From: Candidatus Saccharimonadales bacterium
GTDB lineage: Bacteria > Patescibacteriota > Saccharimonadia > Saccharimonadales > SZUA-47
Reading direction: 5' to 3'
DNA length: 64,000 bases
Assembly: GCA_041737385.1 (NCBI GenBank)
Contig: JBGSRU010000002.1
Location: forward strand, 397,437-461,436
In this document: one piece after another, positions 18,053 to 27,926 of the stretch
Position numbering within the stretch: the stretch's first letter is position 1
Layout of the letters: every line of letters starts with the position of its first letter
Made by a program: the position numbers and the translations under genes
Notes under the pieces: model-generated
Database searches by the model: none
What the model was told of the DNA's origin: nothing
Seen by the model: only the letters and a program-made list of their open reading frames with translations

Positions 18053-18655
18053 ATGAGCGGCGTGTGTAGTGAGCGCAGCGCTGTTATACAAACGCTACTC
18101 GCACCAAATTTACGACTACACTCATCAATTGTCGAGGTAGTGTTTGGAGCATATGACCAAAGACATCGCTTTAACGCTGTACTCGATACGGAAACCGACC
18201 AAGTACTCATTATCAATAATGATCGAAACAAACCAGACATTGCGGCGAACGATGATGGGAAAAAAGATCCTCAGAAATCTTGGCGTGGAACATTCGAACT
18301 TATTTTAGATCCTTGGGCTGCAAGATTCTGTGATGCTAAGGTCTACGGCCCAATCTTTGAAACAGTCATGCAAGGCGCGCGTGACATGTCATTAGACTAT
18401 GAATTAGTGAAAACTTATACGCTAAAACATCTCTCCGTGCCTCGTGATCCAGCGCTATTCTATGAAGATAAATTACTCACGCACGATCGAATAAGCGTGA
18501 CTGAAGAAGACATGCCATCAGATGCAGAGATGGAGCGACGATCAATACGAGTGCTAGAAGACACGACAATTACGCTATATGATCCCGAGGAATCGAACCG
18601 CCTAGCGGATGAGATTGCCTATCGTAACAGAGATGAACTACTTGATGTAGCTTAA
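18053..18655 (+). CDS. hypothetical protein
   Basis: 200-aa acidic ORF with no motif I recognise. Confidence 0.4.
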   Translation: MSGVCSERSAVIQTLLAPNLRLHSSIVEVVFGAYDQRHRFNAVLDTETDQVLIINNDRNKPDIAANDDGKKDPQKSWRGTFELILDPWAARFCDAKVYGPIFETVMQGARDMSLDYELVKTYTLKHLSVPRDPALFYEDKLLTHDRISVTEEDMPSDAEMERRSIRVLEDTTITLYDPEESNRLADEIAYRNRDELLDVA

Positions 18656-18915
18656 GATTAGTTAGAGAACTATATATCATTTAATTATATCATATTTTGT
18701 CAATGGTTGCAATAATTCACCTCTGTTGGTATACTTGACTGTAATGAATAAATCAAAAATACACATGGTTAGCCATGCGGATATAGCACAGGGCGACGGC
18801 GAGAAGCACAGTGAGCTTTATTTTAATATAGTGAAGCGAGCATCACAGCCAGCCAACACAGTGCTACGCCGCAAATATACTCAATATAGACATACTTTGC
18901 GACTAACAGGAGTAT

Positions 18916-20481
18916 ATGATGGGTAAGCGTGTGCCTATTGTTGCTATTGTTGGACGCGCCAATGTCGGTAAGAGCAGTCTGTTTAACGCCATTCTAGGCC
19001 GTAGAGAAGCGATTGTGGCTGACGAAGCTGGTACGACTCGTGACAGCATCACTGCAAAAGCAGAGCTCGAATCCGGTAAACAGTTCTGGTTAGTTGATAC
19101 TGCTGGCCTAAAAGATGCTGCTGACTCGTTTGAGCTCACCATCCAAGATCAGATTGTCGAAGCAGCCAACAGTGCTGACGTTATATTGGTTACTGTAGAA
19201 GCGACGACGAGCATTACCACAGAGGACCGACGCGTTGCAAAGCTTGCATTTAAGAGCGGCAAACAACTCATACTGCTTGTAAATAAAGCTGATAAAGCCA
19301 AAAAAGAACAAATCCAAGCCTTCGAAAAACTAGGCATCAAACCACTAATTGCGACCTCTGCGACGCAGAAAATTGGCTTTGAGGCGCTAGAAGAGGCACT
19401 TGAAGAAGCGTTGCCAGAAGCTTATATCCAAGAAGATGACAACCGCGTGCGTATCGCGCTACTTGGTCGTCCAAATGTTGGTAAGAGTAGCCTCTACAAC
19501 ACACTCGCAAAGAAGCAGCAGGCCATTGTCGCCGACAGAGCGGGTACGACTCGTGACATCAACCGAACACTCATCAAATATATGGGACGCGAGATAGAAC
19601 TTCTTGATACAGCAGGCATCCGCCGAAGTGGCCGAATCGAAAGAGGCGTCGAACACTTCAGCGTGTTACGAAGCTTACAAGCAATCGAAGAATCTGATGT
19701 CTGTCTACTGCTGGTTGACGCTACCGAACTAAGCGTTGCGCTTGATCAGAAAATCGCTGGCATGGTCAAAGAATCGGGCAAGGGGCTGGTTATTGTTATC
19801 AGTAAATGGGATTTAATGAAGCAAGATACTGAATTTGAAGAGTATAACCCGCTAGTTGTCGAAAAGCGTCGCTCTAAAAAAGGCAAGGCCTTGCAAGAAG
19901 CGGCCGAAGAGAAGGCACAAGTCGAGGCTATCGAAGCGCCAGCACCGAAGGTTCTGGATATGCACAGTAAAGTTTCACGCAGAATGCAAAGCGACTTTAT
20001 ATTTGTACCTTGGGCGCCACTCATATTTACAAGTAGCGAAACAGGTAAAAACGTCGCCAAGATATTCGACGTCGCCTTAGAAATCATGGACAGACGTGCA
20101 CAGAAACGCACTACCAGAGAACTCAACAACTGGCTCAAAGCCGTCACTGGTCGTCATCCACCAGCTGGCCTCAAAAACCGCATGCCAAAACTACGCTATA
20201 TGGTTCAGGAAGAAGACAATCCTATTCCTGCATTCAAAGTGTTTGGTTCCCAGACAAAATTCCTCCACTGGAGCTACAAGCGCCATATGGACCGAATGAT
20301 GCGTGAATCATGGGATTATACCGGCACACCTGTACAGCTTTGGTTCATTGACCGCGATGAAGACAAGCCTAAGAAATTCAAGAACAACGGTAACCGTGAC
20401 AAGAACAAACAGTACAAAGAGAAGAAACAAGCAAAATCAGAAACACGTCAAAACACTGACGAAGATAACTGGGCTTCCTAG
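18916..20481 (+). CDS. der: ribosome-biogenesis GTPase Der/EngA
   Basis: Two G domains ('GRANVGKSSLFN', 'GRPNVGKSSLYN', each with DTAG) and a KH-like C-terminal domain, plus a Lys-rich tail. AGGAG lies upstream. Confidence 0.9.
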   Translation: MMGKRVPIVAIVGRANVGKSSLFNAILGRREAIVADEAGTTRDSITAKAELESGKQFWLVDTAGLKDAADSFELTIQDQIVEAANSADVILVTVEATTSITTEDRRVAKLAFKSGKQLILLVNKADKAKKEQIQAFEKLGIKPLIATSATQKIGFEALEEALEEALPEAYIQEDDNRVRIALLGRPNVGKSSLYNTLAKKQQAIVADRAGTTRDINRTLIKYMGREIELLDTAGIRRSGRIERGVEHFSVLRSLQAIEESDVCLLLVDATELSVALDQKIAGMVKESGKGLVIVISKWDLMKQDTEFEEYNPLVVEKRRSKKGKALQEAAEEKAQVEAIEAPAPKVLDMHSKVSRRMQSDFIFVPWAPLIFTSSETGKNVAKIFDVALEIMDRRAQKRTTRELNNWLKAVTGRHPPAGLKNRMPKLRYMVQEEDNPIPAFKVFGSQTKFLHWSYKRHMDRMMRESWDYTGTPVQLWFIDRDEDKPKKFKNNGNRDKNKQYKEKKQAKSETRQNTDEDNWAS

Positions 20482-20515
20482 CTTGTTCTAGGCTTCTACT
20501 TTATACTGTTAGCTA

Positions 20516-21151
20516 ATGGGATTATTTGACCGCAAAAACACGAATTATAACGAATCGCAGCCACTATACACGCTGAGCAGTAGTCAGAACTTATTGGTGG
20601 TAGGGCTCGGTAATGTAGGCGCTGCGCACGCTAAAAACCGGCATAACATCGGATTTATGGCAATCGATCGCTATAAAGCTTCACATGATTTTTCTGATTG
20701 GATAGAGAAAAAAGATCTACAATGCTACATCGCAACCGGCACCGTCGGAAGTACTCGAGTTATTCTGATTAAACCGACAACCATGATGAACCTCAGTGGG
20801 GAAGCAGTGCAAAAAGTACAGAATTTTTATAAAATTACTGATGTTGAAACACTAGCCATATACGACGAGCTTGATGTCAATTTTGGCACAATCCGCACCA
20901 GAGTTGGTGGTGGCAGTGCAGGGCATAACGGCATCAAATCACTCCTGCAGCACGCAGGTGAGGGCTTTGGCCGTATTCGAATAGGTATTGGACCAAAATC
21001 TCACGAGCAAATGGACAGTGCAGACTTCGTGCTACAAAACTTCTCTGAGACAGAAGTAGGAAAACTACCAAAAGTACTCAAGGAAGCCTGCGCGCTGATA
21101 GACGAGCGAACAGTCGGACCGCTGCAAGATGCAACTATATCTGTTAGTTAA
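20516..21151 (+). CDS. pth: peptidyl-tRNA hydrolase
   Basis: 'VGLGNVGAAHAKNRHNIGF' and 'GGGSAGHNGIKS'. Confidence 0.9.
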   Translation: MGLFDRKNTNYNESQPLYTLSSSQNLLVVGLGNVGAAHAKNRHNIGFMAIDRYKASHDFSDWIEKKDLQCYIATGTVGSTRVILIKPTTMMNLSGEAVQKVQNFYKITDVETLAIYDELDVNFGTIRTRVGGGSAGHNGIKSLLQHAGEGFGRIRIGIGPKSHEQMDSADFVLQNFSETEVGKLPKVLKEACALIDERTVGPLQDATISVS

Positions 21152-21720
21152 CCGCGAAGCGTTTCTACTGTACCGTCTTTATGAATCTTGATTATGGTTG
21201 ATGGTTGCGCATTTTTATTACTCCCGCCGTCAACGTATAAGTCTACTTTATCACCAAAAATATTTTTCGCTTCTGAGATCGACACAGCAGTTGGTGCTCC
21301 GGGTAGATTCGCACTCGTTGTCGCTAGCGGTCCGGTGAGCTCGAGCAGCTCACGCAGCCATTTAGGCTGGGGAATCCTGACGGCAAGCGAATCAAGCCCC
21401 ATATGAAGATATTCTAGTGATTCTGGCGCATCGAGTACCACGCTGATTGCAGCCGGCCAGTAGAGCGTTGATTGGGCCACATCTGCTTCTGAGAAGCCCG
21501 TCTGAACCAGCTGAGCAGTATTTGCAGCTAATATAGTCCCTGGTTTGGCCTCTCGCTGCTTTATTTCATACATTTTCTTCACAGCAGCAGGCGACAGAGC
21601 AGAGCACATCAACCCGTACACTGTGTCCGAAGGCGCAACAACAACACCACCGCGCTTAACGACGATTAATATCTCTTCTAAACTAAGCTGCATATCCAGT
21701 CTCTTCAGAGGAAACTTCAT
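21148..21720 (-). CDS. tsaC: L-threonylcarbamoyladenylate synthase (TsaC/YrdC/Sua5 family)
   Basis: 'VVAPSDTVYGL' and 'ATTSANLPG'. Alternative start at 21693. Confidence 0.8.
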   Translation of the reverse strand: MKFPLKRLDMQLSLEEILIVVKRGGVVVAPSDTVYGLMCSALSPAAVKKMYEIKQREAKPGTILAANTAQLVQTGFSEADVAQSTLYWPAAISVVLDAPESLEYLHMGLDSLAVRIPQPKWLRELLELTGPLATTSANLPGAPTAVSISEAKNIFGDKVDLYVDGGSNKNAQPSTIIKIHKDGTVETLRG

Positions 21721-22600
21721 CTCTCACTTCATAAGCTCTCGTGAGAGATTTCTGTAAACTTTCACGAATCAGTTCGCTTCTTTCTCTTAATTCTCTAAGT
21801 TGGCTATGACTGTCTCTTGGTGATTCAGAGAATGAGCCATCAGCACCAAGCGGAATTGATAATGGTTCAAGCCTAAACGGATCGTGGAAATTAATTACTA
21901 CTCGTGGACCACGGCCAAATTTAGTCTTAGCGTCTCTATGAAGTACGTTGCCTCGCTCATCTTTTTCAACAGATAGTCCAGCTGATGCAGACGGCAAAAT
22001 GAGACTACCGTTAACTAGAGCAATTATTGCTGTTCCACGCTTGATCTTTCCAACGTTTCGAACATCCGTTGTCTTTCGTTCGCCTTCTGGGTATATCATA
22101 CCGTTTCCATTCACTACCTTTCGGCGGAAGACACCACGTCGTTTTCCAGGGTTGTTATCTCCACGGTGTAATATACCGTCTACTGCTAACATCATGCCAG
22201 CCATATCTGCATCACCGTTTTTATCAACTATCCATGCTCCAAGTTTGTGCATGACGTATCTTTCGTATCTCTTCTGGAATAATTCTAATTTTGACATTGG
22301 TCCAGCATGATGAATCCCAACTCTTTCTTGTGCAATTGGATACAGCACAGTTTCTAACCTATTTCTGTGCGTTCCAACAGTAATTGTGTTTCCTTGAGCT
22401 ATTTCCGCTTGCATAGCATCAAAGCAAGGAGTTGTATCAGTGACGACTCTCCCGGTTTCATACGCACTGTATGCACTTACACCAACTCTACAAGCCCAAT
22501 GCATAAACGAACTAACATCTCGATCCGCTATTCGTTCATAATAATCTTCATCTGGATACCAAAAATCTGCTGGTCGTTCTAACTGTTCTGCCATAATCAC
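21683..22600 (-). CDS. PlsC-like acyltransferase (tentative)
   Basis: 'GTHRNRLE' (HX4-acidic) and 'IYPEGERKT' resemble acyltransferase motifs I and III. Confidence 0.4.
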   Translation of the reverse strand: MIMAEQLERPADFWYPDEDYYERIADRDVSSFMHWACRVGVSAYSAYETGRVVTDTTPCFDAMQAEIAQGNTITVGTHRNRLETVLYPIAQERVGIHHAGPMSKLELFQKRYERYVMHKLGAWIVDKNGDADMAGMMLAVDGILHRGDNNPGKRRGVFRRKVVNGNGMIYPEGERKTTDVRNVGKIKRGTAIIALVNGSLILPSASAGLSVEKDERGNVLHRDAKTKFGRGPRVVINFHDPFRLEPLSIPLGADGSFSESPRDSHSQLRELRERSELIRESLQKSLTRAYEVRDEVSSEETGYAA

Positions 22601-22657
22601 TAAACTCTACGACGTAAACCCTAAACATGCAAGAATAAGCAAGAACAAGACTTACTG

Positions 22658-22975
22658 CTAAGACGATTTACGACCACCATATGTGTTTGCCCATGGGTCT
22701 GGTGATTTTATACTTGCCAATGCCTGTTCTCTAGTGAGTCTAGGTTCCTGAGGAGGCGGATCTGTAGTTTCATCTGGCGTAGTATCTGCTTCTGTAGCTG
22801 GGCCAGTTTCTGAGCTTCGTTCCATCTCAGATTCATCAACAAAGTCAGTTGGATGGTGTGCTTCAGTTGATCTACGTATCCAATCTTGTGCTGCAGAAAA
22901 ATCTCGAGCCTCAGGCTCTGGTTTCTCAGCTCTAGTGTCCGCACTGTAGTCTCTTCCTTCACTAAACTCTGGCAT
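22658..22975 (-). CDS. hypothetical acidic, probably disordered protein
   Basis: 105-aa ORF. AAGGA lies about 9 nt upstream of the ATG. It is rich in Glu, Asp, Pro and Thr. Confidence 0.35.
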   Translation of the reverse strand: MPEFSEGRDYSADTRAEKPEPEARDFSAAQDWIRRSTEAHHPTDFVDESEMERSSETGPATEADTTPDETTDPPPQEPRLTREQALASIKSPDPWANTYGGRKSS

Positions 22976-23125
22976 ACATTTATTCCTTGTTTATTTTTTA
23001 TTCTACTAATCAGATTATTCCAAACTGCGAAGATACAGGCGCATAACGCCAAAGAGGAAAGGAAAATTTCATATCCTACTTGTACGATTGGGTTGAGGAT
23101 AGTTTTGGCCCGTAATAATATCTTT

Positions 23126-23507
23126 TCTCAGCGGGTGAGAAGCGCTATAAGCGCATATCGCAAAGAAATCTTCGCTTCAAACTTGTTTGAAAGCAGAAGT
23201 TTCGGGCTCGCAGAAAGCGAGTGGCGCACCGCCGGCTCTACGACTTTAAATATAAAGAGCCTCTAGAGGGGGTGGGCACCGCTAGAGGCTCATTACACCC
23301 TTCAACCCACCTTGAAGGCCTCTTTTCAAGTTATCTCGCAAAAGTAACTCAAAAAGCCCACTCATAGGTTGTACCGTCACGATCCAGATCTCTAATAAAA
23401 CGAGTTGGTGTGCGGGGTTAAAGGGAATAAATGTTTTACAACTCTCGTCTCTAGGACGACAGCTAAAGGGCGTGGAGGGTAACAACGATCAAAAGCAGTT
23501 GTAAAAC
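23126..23507. other. hairpin-dense ORF-free region, candidate structured ncRNA(s) of unassigned class
   Basis: At least 8 local stems. These include a perfect 10-bp stem (23257-23266 with 23282-23291), a 7-bp stem (23299-23305 with 23312-23318), complementary loops GGTGGG (23271-23276) and CCCACC (23306-23311), and a 10-bp long-range pair (23433-23442 with 23498-23507). Confidence 0.3.
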
Positions 23508-23669
23508 GTTAAACTCTATCATACCCACCATAAGGTAAATGATGATAGAATTTAGGGGTAAAAGGTACGTAATGCATCTAATCTGATGCTTACAAGTTGC
23601 AATTATAGCAATAAAGTGGCCTGATGTCAATACTAAGTTATTATTTTGTAAATATAGCAAAAAGGTAGT

Positions 23670-24521
23670 ATGAAAAAGCTAGTGCTTGAAGGTACGACAG
23701 CAGACAAGCTGTCTCGACTTAGTAAAAAGGTCGCTATGCTTCATTATGTGGGGATAGATCCGAAGCGCCTAATAGAGGGACCAATAGTCGCAATCGTCGG
23801 TACCAGGAAGCTATCTCCTTATGGACAGCAGGTGACTGAGATGCTTAGCAGTGGACTTGCGAGGGCAGGAGTAACGATCATTAGCGGCAATGCGCTTGGT
23901 GTTGATGTATTCGCCCAAAAATGTGCACTAGAGGCTGGCGGGAAGGTAATAGCGGTTGTTCCAAGCGGTCTCGACAACGTCTACCCAGCAACTAACAGGC
24001 GCGTCGCCGACGCGATAGTGAGCAGTGGCGGCGCGATACTATCCGAATACGAAGCAGGCCACAAACCCATGCGCCACGAATTCCTCGACAGAAACCGTAT
24101 CATTGCCGCTTTAAGTGACGCCGTGATCATCCCTGAGGCTGCTGAACAGTCGGGGAGCCTCAACACTGCTTCTCACGCGTTAAAGATGCAAATACCCGTC
24201 TATGCGGTTCCTGGGCCCATTACTAGTCAGTTAAGTGGTGGAACGAATGCTCTGCTAAAGAATGAGGCGCGGGTAATTACTGAAGTAGAAGACATCTTGC
24301 ACATTCTCAACATCTCTCATCAAAATTCGCAACAAAGTTTACTTGGAAGCAACGAACAAGAGACGGCTATCTTGAGCGCTATCAGTAACGGCGTGCACGA
24401 CGTAGCACTACTGGGAATTCAGCTACAGCTAGCGACCTCAGAACTTCAAAACTCGCTCACTATGCTAGAAATCGATGGGCGTGTCTACCAGAACAGCATC
24501 GGTGCATGGCACATTCGGTAA
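23670..24521 (+). CDS. dprA: DNA processing protein DprA (Smf)
   Basis: 'VAIVGTRKLSPYG', 'ISGNALGVD' and 'IPEAAEQSGSLNTA'. Confidence 0.85.
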   Translation: MKKLVLEGTTADKLSRLSKKVAMLHYVGIDPKRLIEGPIVAIVGTRKLSPYGQQVTEMLSSGLARAGVTIISGNALGVDVFAQKCALEAGGKVIAVVPSGLDNVYPATNRRVADAIVSSGGAILSEYEAGHKPMRHEFLDRNRIIAALSDAVIIPEAAEQSGSLNTASHALKMQIPVYAVPGPITSQLSGGTNALLKNEARVITEVEDILHILNISHQNSQQSLLGSNEQETAILSAISNGVHDVALLGIQLQLATSELQNSLTMLEIDGRVYQNSIGAWHIR

Positions 24522-24623
24522 ATTTGCATAACTACTAGCTTATGAGTTAGACTACGCGACTGTCGTATATAGTATATGTATGTGCGCTATACTAAACGCT
24601 AATGGTAAGGAACATTCAATAAA

Positions 24624-26993
24624 GTGGCTAAAAATCTCGTAATAGTAGAGAGTCCGGCGAAGGCTAAGACGATTGAAAAATATCTTGGGAGCGATTTCAA
24701 GGTGCTATCGAGCATTGGTCATGTTCGCTCTATTGCAAAGAAAAACAGCGACGGCACACCACCAATAGATGTAGATAATGAGTTTAAGACCACCTACGAA
24801 ATCGATTCAGACAAGAAAAAAACAGTCGCTGAACTTCGTAAAGCGGTTAAAGTTGCTGATACTGTATGGCTCGCAACTGACGAAGACCGTGAAGGCGAAG
24901 CGATCGCGTGGCATCTGTGTGAAGCCCTAAAACTAGATATAGCCTCGACAAAACGAATTGTGTTCCATGAAATCACCAAGTCTGCAATCGAAGAAGCGGT
25001 TAAAAACCCACGAATCGTTGATATGAAGTTGGTTGAAGCGCAACAGGCGCGTCAGATACTTGATCGAATCGTTGGCTTTGAGTTGTCGCCTGTCGTCTGG
25101 CAAAAGGTCCCCGGTGGCAAATCTGCTGGCCGTGTTCAGTCGCCGGCTGTACGGCTACTTGTTGAGCGCGAACGAGAAATTGAAAGCTTTGAAGGTTCGT
25201 CTGAGTTTAAAGTAGCAGCCCTATACACCACGAAAGATGGTGAGTTCAAAGCAGAGCTAGAGAAGCGCTTTGCAACTGAAAAAGAGGCTCAGGACTATCT
25301 TGAAATAATCAAAAATGCAGCCCATAAAGTCGCTGAAATCACCGTCAGCCCGGGCACCCGTAACCCTGGGGCGCCTTTCACCACTAGTACACTTCAGCAG
25401 GATGCGAACTCGAAGCTTGGATTTGGCTCAAAAGCTACAATGAGCAGCGCCCAACGTCTGTATCAAAACGGACATATTACCTATATGAGAACTGACTCGG
25501 TATTTTTATCTGGTCAGTCAATCGCCGCGGCGAAAGATTTTATCTCAAAAGAATACGGCGATGATTATTCACAAGTTAGAAGCTTTAAGACTAAATCAGC
25601 TAACGCCCAAGAAGCTCACGAAGCAATCCGCCCATCAAATATCTCTAAGGCAGTCGTTACCTCAGATGAATATGACCAAAGACTGTACAGTCTTATCCGC
25701 AACAGAACACTCGCCAGTCAAATGGCCGCTGCCAAAATCGAACGTACAACAGTAAAAATAACCAACAATGCTGACAATAAAGCGTATGTAGCTAAAGGAG
25801 AGGTGATCAAGTTTGATGGCTTCCTGCGTGTTTATGGCGGTGGCAAAAAAGATCCAGACATTCTCCCACCTGTAAAGAAAGATCAAACGCTTGAATTGAA
25901 CCAAGCAACCGCACGGCAGGTGTTTGCTCGTCCACCCGCACGTTACTCAGAAGGTAGTTTAGTAAAGAAGCTTGAAGAGCTCGGTATAGGTCGCCCAAGT
26001 ACGTATTCGACAATTATAGGTACTGTACAAGCGCGCGGCTATGCAGAGCGAGGTGAAAATGAAGGTGAAGAGCGCGAGATTATAGAGCTACAATTGAACG
26101 GCGGAGAGATCGAACGGACTTTGCAAACTGAAAAATCTGGTGCTGACAAAGGCAAACTTGTTCCAACTCCAACTGGAAAAGTAATCAGTGACTTCCTAAC
26201 CGGCTATTTTGAAAAAATCGTGGACTACGACTTTACGGCAAAAGTTGAACAAGAGTTCGACAAAATCGCCGACAATGAACTCGACCGTAACACCATGCTC
26301 AAAGATTTCTATACGCCGTTCCACGAGCTAATTGAGAAATCAGGCGACATCGACCGTTCTACTGTATCTCAAGCCAGAGAAATCGGCGTTGATCCTAAAT
26401 CAGGCAATATGATTATTGCTCGCTTTGGACGATTTGGACCGATGTTACAGCTGGGTGAAGCAACTGATGACGAAAAGCCTCGGTTTGCACCACTTCCTAA
26501 AGGCTCGCGCCTCGAAACAGTGACGCTCGAAGAAGCGTTAGAGATGTTTAAGCTTCCACGGCTGGTTGGACAAACCAAAGATGGTAAAGATATTCGTGCA
26601 AACATTGGCCGTTTTGGTCCATACGTACAGGTTGAAAAAGCATTTTTCTCTATAAAACCTCATGATCCAATGACTATATCGCTAGAAGAAGCACAGGAGA
26701 TTATTAACACAATCACCGAAAAGCGAAAGCCGATTAAGGTATTCGAAACTGCCGGAATAGAGATATTGAATGGCCCATATGGCCCTTATCTGAAAAAAGA
26801 CAAGACAAATGCACGTATCGCAAAAGACCGTGACCCTGAGACGATTACTGAAGAAGAAGCTATCCTGATGATAAAAGACGCACCAGCCAAAAAGGGAAGA
26901 GGACGCTTCGCTAAGAAGGGTGCTAAAACAGCCAAGAAAGCTCCTGCCAAGAAGAAAACTACTCGCAAGAAACCTGCCGCTAAAAAGAAATAA
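24624..26993 (+). CDS. topA: DNA topoisomerase I
   Basis: GTG start, Toprim 'LVIVESPAKAKTI...ATDEDREGEAI', active-site 'ITYMRTDS', and a Lys-rich C-terminal tail with no Zn-finger cysteines. Confidence 0.95.
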   Translation: MAKNLVIVESPAKAKTIEKYLGSDFKVLSSIGHVRSIAKKNSDGTPPIDVDNEFKTTYEIDSDKKKTVAELRKAVKVADTVWLATDEDREGEAIAWHLCEALKLDIASTKRIVFHEITKSAIEEAVKNPRIVDMKLVEAQQARQILDRIVGFELSPVVWQKVPGGKSAGRVQSPAVRLLVEREREIESFEGSSEFKVAALYTTKDGEFKAELEKRFATEKEAQDYLEIIKNAAHKVAEITVSPGTRNPGAPFTTSTLQQDANSKLGFGSKATMSSAQRLYQNGHITYMRTDSVFLSGQSIAAAKDFISKEYGDDYSQVRSFKTKSANAQEAHEAIRPSNISKAVVTSDEYDQRLYSLIRNRTLASQMAAAKIERTTVKITNNADNKAYVAKGEVIKFDGFLRVYGGGKKDPDILPPVKKDQTLELNQATARQVFARPPARYSEGSLVKKLEELGIGRPSTYSTIIGTVQARGYAERGENEGEEREIIELQLNGGEIERTLQTEKSGADKGKLVPTPTGKVISDFLTGYFEKIVDYDFTAKVEQEFDKIADNELDRNTMLKDFYTPFHELIEKSGDIDRSTVSQAREIGVDPKSGNMIIARFGRFGPMLQLGEATDDEKPRFAPLPKGSRLETVTLEEALEMFKLPRLVGQTKDGKDIRANIGRFGPYVQVEKAFFSIKPHDPMTISLEEAQEIINTITEKRKPIKVFETAGIEILNGPYGPYLKKDKTNARIAKDRDPETITEEEAILMIKDAPAKKGRGRFAKKGAKTAKKAPAKKKTTRKKPAAKKK

Positions 26994-27015
26994 CTTTTCT
27001 TAAGAGCTTCTTTTC

Positions 27016-27255
27016 ATCACCCATTTGGCAACAAACGGGTGACGCCCAAACTGCCAGCCGTACTCAAAAACATGACTAACCGGATTGTTCAGTTCTCTGT
27101 TGCTGCGGAACGAACCTGTCCTCAGAGAGGCCAGAACCGTTTTTGGCTTTTTCCGTTAGTTATTTGCCAAAAAACGTCCTCGCAAATGACTCAGTGAACA
27201 AAACAAACCAGTCAATCAGTTCTGTGAGTTTTTATGGCTGGGAGCTCAGCTACAA
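27016..27255 (-). repeat. mosaic intergenic repeat, copy R1 (left arm of inverted pair)
   Basis: It is the reverse complement of 27927-28153 at roughly 80% identity by eye. The terminal hairpin is at 27017-27042. Confidence 0.85.
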
Positions 27256-27318
27256 GCCCGATGGCATCAAGAAGCTACTGCTTTTACTTCGTTGCTCACT
27301 GGGATATACTTCTTTATT

Positions 27319-27897
27319 ATGAGCTTACCAACACTAATTGACCACAATAATGAAATCGGAATAGAAGCAGGTGACAGAAGACCATACTTAGAACGCTATG
27401 TTGAAGCAAAGAATATCGAGCTAGCTGAAAAATTTGCAGATGGGAGTGTGGCTGTACGTCACACATTATCACCTGAATTAGCTCGTTTAGCATTTACGTT
27501 CGTAAAAGCTACGTTTAGACTTATAGACATCCAACAGAGCAATAGAGATGATAATGCGGACAGAGTCAAAGCCCAACAAGCAGATGTTGATGTTTGGACC
27601 AGCCGAGTTGACGCGGTAACAACTGGTTACGTGGCGTTTCACGAAACAATTGACTATTTTACTAGAAAAGCTTCGGATGCAAGGCTAGAAGACGATGAGG
27701 AAACACGACATAAAATACTAGGGCTGCAAAACAGAGCTGGAGAAATAGTTGTAGAAGCAGAACCAGACAGTCCGCTTTCTTGGACTATCCCAGACGTAAA
27801 TCCACCAAATTCGGTATTTGATCTACCTAAAAGCAAACAAGAATGGCACGTCAGAGAACGACACGTTCCACCTTCAAGTACAGATTCTACTATATAA
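27319..27897 (+). CDS. hypothetical protein enclosed by the ~230-bp inverted repeats
   Basis: 193 aa from the ATG at 27319 (the ORF track starts at TTG 27292). It is acidic and helical in flavour, with no SD and no motif I recognise. Confidence 0.45.
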   Translation: MSLPTLIDHNNEIGIEAGDRRPYLERYVEAKNIELAEKFADGSVAVRHTLSPELARLAFTFVKATFRLIDIQQSNRDDNADRVKAQQADVDVWTSRVDAVTTGYVAFHETIDYFTRKASDARLEDDEETRHKILGLQNRAGEIVVEAEPDSPLSWTIPDVNPPNSVFDLPKSKQEWHVRERHVPPSSTDSTI

Positions 27898-27926
27898 TTT
27901 GTACTAGTGTTGCTGAATGTAGCTAT

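Noticed and set aside
17829-18926. 66-aa ORFs at 17829-18029 and 18726-18926, and a possible frameshift fusion of 17829-18029 with 18053-18655
   Set aside because: They have no SD, no recognisable motif and no homolog in the window. The second frame is open from 17936, but I could not identify a convincing fusion point, so only the 200-aa ORF is reported, as hypothetical.
23040-23520. RNase P RNA or tmRNA in the hairpin-dense region upstream of dprA
   Set aside because: GAAGTTTCGGGCTCGC (about 23206-23221) superficially resembles the RNase P CR-I/P4 5' strand. However, it fails the GNAANNUCNGNG pattern, no complementary P4 3' strand (ACNNNA..CCCGA-like) exists on the same strand, and the segment folds as a local hairpin. 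For tmRNA, I found no T-arm (GGTTCGA-type) and no alanine-type acceptor end on either strand.
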